Shown piece after piece: positions 53,844 through 64,000 of a stretch of DNA of 64,000 bases. Positions within the stretch are counted from its first letter, which is position 1; every line of letters starts with the position of its first letter. Made by a program: the position numbers and the translations under genes. This DNA comes from Nageia nagi (Eukaryota > Plantae > Pinophyta): the NCBI GenBank assembly GCA_050084985.1, contig JBITNC010000001.1:48422001-48486000 (forward strand). The letters are read 5' to 3'. Under the pieces are notes generated by a model, which was not told the DNA's origin, searched no databases, and saw only the letters and a list, made by a program, of their open reading frames with translations.

Positions 53844-56800
53844 TGAAAGAATTGAATTATAACAAGAAAAATCTTAAACTACCAAGATCATATGAAAGCT
53901 CTCAATTCACATCTAATATCACACAAAGTAATCTCACAAAGATAACATAAGATGTAAGTGGTTCCTCCAACTAGGAGTACATCCACTAACTAGATCTCTC
54001 TTTTTAACAAATATGAACTCTTACAATTCTCCTACTCTTTTATCCTAACCACTATCTTATAGCATATCTTTACTTCATAATTTATGTGTGATCACAAAGA
54101 GATAGCTTTCTATTTATAGGTAAAAATCCCTCTTTAGATCACCCTTTTATCCAATGTATAAAGGCATGACATGCATATCCTTTTACCCAAGGGGAATGCT
54201 CATGATATAGAGTGTAGAATAAGTAATATTATTATATTCATTTAATACTTAAAGTATCAAATGATACCCTTAAGTATTAGTAAATTTACATAAAATATTA
54301 TTACAAAACCTTTACAATAATGCATTATATATTCCAACACTCTCCCTTAATGCAATATTAGAATAGAGCGAATAAGAGAGAAGAAAGAAGAAAAAGTAAG
54401 AGAGTTCTCCTCCAAATAGATACAACGAAGATGAAAACTTTTTACATATTTGTGAAGTAAGAAAGATCTAATTTGAGACTCACTACTTTGCCAAATACAA
54501 TCATTAATCATAACCGATTTCAATGTACATGAAGTAATCATCCAAATGGAAGTCATGAAGAGTCTCCAAGAGCCTGCATACCTAAGGTAAGTAACCTGCA
54601 ATCTCAAAGGAACTTTCAAATCATAAGCAGATCAAATAACAAGAATAATTAGATGTAACATATTCATCTCAACAAGGATAGATGAATCACACAAATACCA
54701 TCATGAACTGATCAATGGTGCATTATAAGTCATCACGAAGATGCCATGCCAAAAGCTTATAGTCACCTGCTGTATATAAAACATGTGTTGATTATTATTA
54801 CAAAATAGAGCATGCACATATGAGTTTCTCACATATGGATAACTGCATAGTGCCAAAAGACACAAAAGAGTTCCTCTCATATGGATAACTGAATAGAGCT
54901 AGATTAGCCAATATTTTTCTTTTAAAATTTTGTACAAGTTCCTCATGCAGAGTGAAGTTACCACAAAGGTGTACAATAAAATCAACACTATAAAGTACAG
55001 AATTCTCCTTGGTGTTAAGTTATCATCACAAATATGCATTCAACATAAGAATTCAAACTTCACTCCCCTTTGAGGGCAAATTTACCAACCTAATAGCATC
55101 CCTAAGCTTATAGAATTAAGATTTCGAAAGGGGCTTGGTGAACAAATCAATGGAGTTCAAGATGGATGGACAATACTCCAGGTGTATGATGCCATCAAGA
55201 ACCTTCTCTTTGATAAAATGGGCATGGATTTCCACATGTTTTGTTCTTTGATGGAATATAAGATTTTTAACCAAAGAAATAGTCAATTGATTATCTGAAG
55301 AGATCAAAGATGAGCTACCTTACTTATACCTAATTTCTTTTTCAATATGCCTTAGCCAAATGGCTTTCTGGATTGTAATTGACATGGTATGGTATTCAAC
55401 TTCTGTGCTGGAAAGAGAAATATTAGGCTACTTCTTGGAAACCTAAGAGATAGCACCTAAACCAATGCTAAATACATATGTAAAGGTTGATTTATTATCA
55501 TCTCTATCTTCCCCATAATAAGAATCTAAGAATCCAAAGAAAACAAATAAGGGCAACTTAGAATATTTGAAAGCAAGATCCTTAGTCCTTGCAATATACC
55601 TCAAGATTTGCTTAACAATATTGAGGTGCTCAAAATAAGATTTATGCATGAATCATGCTATCATATTCACTACAATGATAATATCTGGTTGGGTATAGTC
55701 AAATACAAAAGACTACCAATTAATTACCTATAAATTGTAACATCAGCCAACTGAGAGTTGGAGCTTAGAGAAATAGTGATTCTAGGAGAGATTGAGATTA
55801 TAGCATATCTATACTCCTCCATTTCAAACTTCTACAAGATGTCTAATATATACTTAGATTGATTGAAATAAGTACAATCTTTATATTTATACATTTGCAT
55901 TCTAAGATAGTAGTGTAAGAGAGTTGAAGATTTTTGTTCTTGAGGTGACTTATCTATATCAATATCTAACCAAATAGGTGCAACTAAAGAGTCTTCTAGA
56001 TTATCAATATCCTTATTAGAAGCAGATTTATTAGGAATTTCATTGAACTTTACATCTTTTGAAATGAACACTACTTTATAGGATGGAGAGTAGAGCCTGT
56101 AGCCTCTATGTTGACTATTATAACCCACAAAGATCCATTTTTTAGCTCTTTTGTTAAACTTTTTCCTTTTTTCAAAAACAACATAGGAAATGCTTCATAA
56201 CCAAACACCCTAAGGTGAGAAATGTTAGGTTTTCTTTTTTACCATGCTTCAAAAAGAGTTTTACCCTAAACAGCTTTTGTGGGACACCTAGTCAAGGTGT
56301 AAATAGCAGTGGTCATAGCTTCACCCCACAAAAAACTAGAAAGATTACTCAACATGCATCTAACCATTTCTATAATTATTTTATTTTTCTTTTCAGCAAT
56401 ATTATTCTACTAAGGAGTGTAAGGAATCATAAATTACCTCTTGATTCCATACTTAACACAATAGTCATTGAACTCATTGCTGTTATATTCTCCTCCATTA
56501 TCTGATATCAACATCTTAATTTAAGGTTAGTTTGATTCTCAACAAAGGTTTTAAAAATTTTAAAATTCTTAAAGGTTTGATCTTTGTGTTTAAGTAGATA
56601 CCCAAAGGTCATATTATTAAAGTAATTAATGAATGTTAATAATAAGATGCTCCTCCAAGTGACTTAGTTTGAAATGGACCCATCAAATCTGAATGCACAA
56701 GTTGAACAGGTTGAGATGCTCTTATTTTCTTATCTTTTTCAAATTTTTATCTATGCATCTTTCCAAGAATTCATTTCTCACATAGTCAAATCGAAAAAGT

Positions 56801-59800
56801 AATTGAAGGCAAACCTTATACAAGTTCTTAGTCTTTCATGACTTGAATACTCTTATGGTTAAGGTGTCATAAATGATGGTACCAAAGATTGCCTTTAGAA
56901 CACACACTAGAAGTAAGACACATCTTTGATGGGACTTGATCCACAATGTAAAGGTTATTTTTTATAGATCCTTTAACCAATGTGTAAGTCCTTTTCTAAT
57001 GCATCAAGATTGAGAGTCAAACTCAAAAGAGTATCCTTTTCTAGCAACTTGGATCATAGAAAGAAGGTTCATCCTAAGCTTAGAAACATAGAGCACATTG
57101 TCAAGAACCTTCCTATGAATCAACACACTTCCAATTCCTTGAAATTCAAAGGTAGAGTTATCATCTATCATAATTGCATTTTTTCTATATTTATAAAAGT
57201 TCTCAAATTTTTTCTTTTCAAAGCATAGGTGATTAGTGCAACCAGAATCAACAATCCAATCAGATGAAAAAGAGCAAGACATGGAGTAGAGTGTCATAGC
57301 AAAACCAACATGAATATTCTTCTTTCCTTTGTAGTTCTTTACATTTTCATTACCTTTGTTATTTTTCTCTATTTTCTTTTTATAGCAATCAACTTCTTTA
57401 TAACCTTGGATGCCACAATAGTTACAATTACCACCAAATTTTTTTAAGATAAAGATTATTTACTTTGCCTTTTCCATCGCTTTACTTGAAATAGTTGTTG
57501 TTGCCATTGTTCTTATTGTTGTGATTATTGTTTCTATTATTCTTATTATTTTTATATCCATTACCTCTTTTCTCAAACCTTTTAGAGGAAGAAAGATAAG
57601 ATTTCTTTTGATGGTTGAAATTCTTCTTGAAAGAAGTTTTGGTTGCTCTAAGAGTAATGTTATTAACCTTAAGAGAAGAAATTATCATTTTATTGTTAAG
57701 AGTTTCCTCATGCTTCAATAGGTGCCTAGAAAGGTTCTCAAGGAAGAATACTTCTTCTTCATCATCAAGCCTTATTTCTATAATCGTTACAAAATTTTTA
57801 AACTTTGAAGAAAAGCTTTAAGAATGATGAAGACCATGAACTCATCATTGATTCAATTGCATCTACAAGCAACAAGTTGGGTCCTTAAGTCAATAATTTT
57901 ATTCAAGTAGATAGCCACACTTTCATCTTTCCTTTGATGAGATTGAAGTAACTTTTAGATAATGGTAAACCTTTTTGAAGAGTTTTAACCAAGGTAGATT
58001 TGCTTAAACTTATCTTAAGCTTTCTTTGCTAAAGTTGAAGAGGAAATCATCAGGAGCACATCATCTAAAATTACACGGTAAATCATGGAGGTTGCAACTC
58101 ATTTTTTGTGTTGTAAGATTTTAGTGCCTTCTCATCTGTAGGAGGTACAAAGTTTTCATTCACTATTTGCCAAAGCTTCCATGCCTATAACTCAACTCTT
58201 ATTTAAAGTTTTCAAATTTCAAAGTTGAAACCATCAAGAATGTATTTGAGTAAAGTGGATTCTCTTATTTGCTACATACGAATGTGAAAAATAATAAGCA
58301 TGTGGTTTAATAAATAACATTAAATATTAAGTTTTAACCAAGTAAATAATACATGTTACATTTAACACTAAAGACATGCTTGATTTGATTCACAAGTGTA
58401 AATATTTTACAACTCAAATAATAACCTGTGTACCCAAATACATTTCTCAAGAACTGTAGATGTAAAGTGACATTGTTAAGATTTATTTTCTTGTCTAAAA
58501 TTAGGCCTTCACCTAGATTCCCACATAAGAGGAGACCAAGTACTACCGATCCTCAACCAGTTCACCTCGGTTAGTTTTATACTCTTACAAAGAGAAGTAC
58601 CTACTATTTTCCAAGGTTGTGACATTTATTGGATCTACCAAATTATTAATCTTGATTAGATTTCAAGTTATCATCTTAGGTTATCAAGATAATCCTTGAA
58701 TGGACATGTGAATGTGGTATCACTACACACATACCTATCCACCTATTGGAGTTATATCTAGACGAACAGAGGACTTAGGGGCAATTAAGAAGTACAAATT
58801 ACACCACTTGGATTGTCAAACTTAAAGGTTCCAATCCACCTGTCTTCACCTCATGGCTCTTCAAATAAGTCATGTTATAGAATGTACATACGAATGTGTT
58901 CATTTTTAGGAGGTTGCTTATTTCAATGTTTGCATTTTGGTATAAGTAAATAAAGCAAACTGCAAAACATGAAGTAAAAGAGCATAAGTAAATATCATCC
59001 ACTTGCAATTTTGAAATCTAAGAGTCCAATGGGTTTTGTTTACCAACCTCTAAAGGACATCTTTACATCAACCCTTATTTTATAGAAGTCCATTAAATTT
59101 GCATAAGAAAATACTTAGCATGCATCAATCCCATAAGTATAAGTATGCATCATTAAACTTAAAGAGTATGCATCAATCCATAACTTAAAAAATTAAGCAT
59201 GCATTATTTCTTCATAAGAACTAGTCCATTCATAAAGAAATAAAAAAAAATTAGAGGCATCAACATGCTTTTTAATCATAAGCATGCATCTTAAAAATTT
59301 TAAATCCTAAGCATTAATTTAAAAAAATTAAGTCCTTAAGCATGCATTATTTGACTTAAAATAAGTATCTAACTTAAATTTTAAGTCCTTAAGCATTTAT
59401 CACAAAAAATTAAGTTCTTATCAAGTATTAGGCATGCATAAAATTTAAGTACTAAGCATAAGTATGCAACTCTTTAAATTTAAATCCAAAAATTTAGTAT
59501 GCATACTAGATAAAAAATTAAGTAAGAAATTTATACAAATTCCCTCCTTTTTACTTAAAGATTTATCCCTAAAAGTAGCATACTAAATAATTTATTTGCA
59601 TGCTAAAAAAATTTTAAGTATGCAAAACAATTCCCCCTTTTACTTAAGTATAGCATTCATAAACAAAATACCTCTACTAAAAGAGCTACTTAAGTAGTTA
59701 TTAATGTTGAAAAATTAACTTTGACACTAAAAAATACTTGCCAAAAAAAATTACTATGTTCATTTAAAAAATGTCAAAATACTTTCAACTATTAAGGAGT

Positions 59801-61629
59801 ATATATAAAAAAAATTATTTAAACTAAGGAGTATGATTACTTGTAAGACATTTAGATTCATTTAATATGCATAAAAAAGTCCACACTCCATCTAGGTGCA
59901 TTTAATTTTGTCATTAATGCATCTTTTTGCATTTTACTCCACTCATGAGGCAAGTCATGATAAAAAAAATTGCTTGTAAGAAAACAAAAAATAAATGCCT
60001 AAAAATGCATCTACCAACACTTAAGGCAAAAAAAGGTAGGAGAGATTAAAAAAGTCATAGGGGTTGTGCAAGAGGAGAAGCAAAAAATCTTCAATACTTA
60101 GGGAAGGGTTTGGCCTCTGTATTAAAAAAAAGGGATGGGTGGAGGAAAGGATGATCGGGCAAAGCGAGGCCATGGCAAGGCGATGGGAGGCCACGAGGCT
60201 ATAGAATGATGTAAAGGAGTAGCATGATGGTAGTGCGATGGAAGGCTGTAGAGCTATGATGACAATGAGGAGCAGGAGGCGATGGTTGGTGAGTCTCTAG
60301 AAGGTTGGGAGGGAGGGTGGCCAAACTTTCATCATAGTCATCACCACTACATAGTGGGGTTTGGTCAGCCAGAAGTTGGTTGAATTCCCCCCCTTAAAAA
60401 CTTTTTAAAAATATTTTAATAAAGTTTGATTTCCTTCCTCCAAAAATTTTAAGCAAGCATTTACCAGCTGATTTTGATTTCCTTCCTCCAAAAATTTTTG
60501 AATAATAAAAATAGGAATATAAAAAAGATTATATATCTACAATATATTTTATGTTTAAAATTTTTTGTACATGTCGTACTTTTATTTCTTTATAATGTTT
60601 TAACATTTCTACAAGGCATTATAAACATTTTTGTAGAGAGATAAAAAAAAGGCAATCCCCCTTTTTATTTTTTTTTAAAAAGCTAACAACAATCTTATAA
60701 GTTGCAAAAAAAATAAATTTCAAACCCTAAATAACTTAAGCAATATATCAATTTATTTTGTAAATATAACACTATATTGCAAAGTTTTTAGATTTATTTA
60801 AAAAAATGTACTTTTTGTATACTAACTTCTAAAAAAAACAAAAGATAAAAAAATTGTAAACATTGCAAATAACCAAGAAGTTAGCATATCCCAAAATAAA
60901 TGCATCATATCACTATTTCACCAAATTTGCAATAATAAACTAACACATAGAAAATAATATGTTAGTGTCATTATCCCAAAAAAAAATGAATGGGATTAAA
61001 TGGAGAAGGTTACCTTATCTTGAATTTACCTCACAATGAAGAGTAGGTTAATAATGATAACCTCCAAATTTAAGATGAGTCTCCAAACCAATGATGTAAA
61101 GAGGAGCCTTAAATGGTGATTTGATACCAAATGAGAGAATTAAACTATAATAAGAATAATTTTAAATTACTAAGATCACATGAAAGCTCTCAATTCACAT
61201 CTAACTATCATACAAAGCAATCTCACAAAGATAACACAAGATGTAAATGATTCCTCCAACTAGGAGTACATCCACTAACTATATCTCTCTTCTTAACAAA
61301 TATGAATTCTTACAATCATCCTACTCTTTTCTTTTAACCACTATCCTATAGTATAACTTTACTCCACAATTGATGTGTGATCACAAAAAGGGAGCTATAT
61401 ATTTATAAGCCAAAATACCTCTTTGGATCACCTTTTTATCCAATGTACAAAGACATGACATGCACATCCTTTTACCCAAGGGGCATGATCATGACATTGA
61501 GTGTAGGATAAGTAATATTGTCATATTCATTTAAATACTTAAGGTATAAAATAATACCCTTAAGTATTAGTGAATTTAAATAGAATATTATTACAAAACT
61601 TTTACAATAATGCATTATACATTCAAACA
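53844..61629 (-). mobile_element. Copia element B, two-LTR copy (7786 bp) nested in the integrase of A
   Basis: LTRs at 53844-54339 and 61132-61629 with TSD CAAAG (53839-53843 and 61630-61634). PBS TGGTATCA (minus, 61129-61122) and PPT at 54340-54350. Protease WIVDSGCTNHL and RH HQRTKHVEIHAHFIKE are present. Most of RT is deleted. Confidence 0.93.
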
Positions 61630-63333
61630 CAAAGGTCATCTACTAAAGTCATCAATGAAGGTCAAGATGTAAGATGCTCCTCCAAGCGACTTAGTCTAAA
61701 ATAGATCCATCAAATCTAAATGCACAAGTTAAAGAGGTTGAGATGCTCTTGTTGTTTTATCTTTTTCAAATTTTTATCTATACATCTTACCAAGAATACA
61801 CTTCTCACATACACCAACTGAAGGAGAAATTAAAAGCAAACCTTCCATAAGTTCCTTATCTTTTATGAATTGAATACTCTTGTGGTTAAGATGCTCTAAA
61901 TGTTGGTGCCAAAGATTACCTCTAGAACACACACTTGTAGCAAGACACATATTTTATGGAACTTAATTCACAATGTAGAGATCTATCTTTTATTGATCCT
62001 TTAACCAACATGGCAAGTCCTTTCTTAATGCACTAGGATTGAGAGTTCGAACTCAAAAGAGTACCCTTTTCTAGAAACTTGGATCACAAAAAGAAGGTTC
62101 ATCCTAAGCTTAGAAACTTAGAGCACATTATTAAGAACCTTTTTGTGAATCAATACACTCCCAATTCCATGGACTTTAATGGTAGAGTTATCACTTATCA
62201 CAACTGTATCTTTTTTATACTTGTGAAAATTGTCAAACTTTTTCTTTTCAAAACATAGGTGATTAGTGCAACCAAAGTAAACAATCTAATTAGATGAAAA
62301 AGTAAAGACATGGAGTAGAGTTATATAGCAAGCCTAGCTTGAATATTCTTCTTTCCTTGAATTTTTTTACATTACCATTACTTTTATTCTTTTTCTCTCT
62401 TTACTTTTTGTAGCAATTAACTTCTTTGTGACCTTAGATGCCACAATAGTTACAATTACCATCAAAATTTTTCTTAGGATATGGATTGTTTGTTTTGTCC
62501 TTTTCATATTTTTGCTTGAAGTGCTTATTGTTATCATTATTCTTGTTGCTATTTTTGTTGTTCCTATTGTTGCCATTGTTCCTACTATTGTTGTTGCTAT
62601 TACCTTTTTTCTCAAACCTTTTGGAGGAAGAAGGATAAGATTTATTTTGATGGTTGAACTTATTTTTGAAAAGAGTTTTGGTTGCTCCAAGAGCAACATT
62701 ATTATCCTTAAGAGAAAAAATTAATATCTTTTTATTAAGAGTTTTTTTATGCTTCAAAAGGAACCTAAAAAGGTTCTTAAGGGAGAAGACTTCTTCTTCA
62801 TCATCAAGCCTTGTTTCTATAACCATCACAAAGTTTTCAAATTTTGAAAAAAGTTTTGATGAATGATGAAGACCATGAACTCATCATTGATCTAATTACA
62901 CCCACAAGTAACAAGTTGGGTCTTTAGATCAATAGTTTTGTTCAAGTAGTAGCCACATTTTTATCTTCCTCTTGATGAGATTGAAGTAACTTTTGAAGAA
63001 TAGGAAACCTTCTTGAAAAGTTTGAACCAAGGTAGATTTGCTTAAGCTTATCCTAAGCTTTCTTTGTTGAGGTTGAAGAGAAATCATCAAGACCACATCA
63101 TCTAAAACTACATGAAAGATCATGGAGGTTGCCAACTCATTCTTTGTGTTGTAAGCCTCTAGTGCTATCTCATCTATAGGAGGTACAAGGTTCTTATTGA
63201 CTATTTACCAAAGCTTCCTTGCCTATAATTTATCTCTCATTAAGGTTTCCAAATACCAAAGTTAGAACCATCAATAATGTATTTGGATAAAAAAGAGTCT
63301 CCCATTTGCTACATAAGAATATGAAAAATAATA

Positions 63334-64000
63334 TGTTGGAATGCATAATGCATTATTGTAAAGGTTTTATAATAGTCTTCTATGAAAGTTCATTAATACT
63401 TAAGGGTATCATTTGATATCTTAAGTATTTAAGTGTATATGATAATATAACTTATCATACACTCCATGTCATGAGCATGCCCCTTGGGTAAAAGAATGTG
63501 CATGTCATGCTTTTGTACATTAGATAAAAGGGTGATACAAAGAAGGATTTTAGCTTATAAATAGAAGGCTCTATCTTTGTTATATTTGTGGAGTAAAATT
63601 ATGCTATAGGATAGTGCTTAGGAGTTGAGATTAAGGGGATTGTAAGAGAGTTGTATTTGTGATTGAAGTAAAGATTTAGTTAGTGATGTACTCCTAATTA
63701 GAGGAACCACTTTACATCTTAAGTTATTTTATAAGATTGTTTATGATTGAGTTCTTAATGTTGAATTAGTAAGCTTACATGTGATCTTGGTAGTTTATAA
63801 TTATTTATTTTATAGTTCATTCCTTCAAATTGGTATTAGAGCATGGTGGGAAGCTCTTTTTCAACTTGGAGGCTTTCATCATACTCTTCATTTTGAGGTA
63901 AAAGAACTTCAAAGGTATAACCTCCTTTCCTTCTTGGATTACTACATGATATTAACATTTTTTTTGTTAGTTTCCTCTTCTTAATATAACAATATATTAT
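63334..64000 (+). mobile_element. Copia element C: 5' LTR (63334-63827), PBS and start of leader; same family, opposite orientation
   Basis: TGTTGGAATG...CCTTCA is the reverse complement of the A/B LTRs. It is followed by AAT-TGGTATTAGAGC (63831-63842), a degenerate tRNA-iMet PBS. Confidence 0.9.

Larger units (their letters stand above)
50807..63333 (-). mobile_element. Copia element A (3' LTR 50807-51307; RH/RT/IN 51310-53843; IN/PR/gag 61635-63305), interrupted three times
   Basis: RT LILLYVDDLLI (51875-52066) and YSDYRGDNDDRKST (51502-51702), integrase, and gag with N-rich tract and CNYCGI knuckle (62434-62829). The LTR matches those of elements B and C. Confidence 0.9.

Overview
This is plant nuclear DNA, probably from a gymnosperm/conifer. 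That assignment is an inference from the very long TE-filled introns, the Tat/Ogre-like and Copia content and the heavy C>T decay. The only host gene is the 3' half of a VGT3/pSuT-like (D-xylose-proton symporter-like 3) MFS sugar transporter on the + strand. It has four phase-0 exons (11689-11769, 12094-12192, 13329-13466, 31451-31585), a last intron of about 18 kb, and upstream exons that apparently lie left of the window. The introns carry four large related LTRs with the ends TGTTGTG...GAAAGAAAA..CCAACA. One belongs to a truncated Tat/Ogre-like element with gag (minus strand). One is a solo LTR with TSD AAAGT, which contains a second solo LTR of 5.8 kb. The fourth is a 3.1-kb solo LTR with TSD CCATG that splits an old chromovirus integrase. 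The most unusual object is the nested 5.8-kb solo LTR: its U3 holds a decayed reading frame of about 1000 codons with no gag or pol motifs, between two TATA modules, which looks like an LTR-borne accessory gene. Downstream of the gene are an L1-type LINE interrupted by a full-length two-ORF RTEX-like LINE, decayed small LTR elements, and a stack of three same-family Copia elements plus a solo LTR nested in one another. The long leader of that Copia family looks like an intron. All coordinates were read by eye and identities are estimates.
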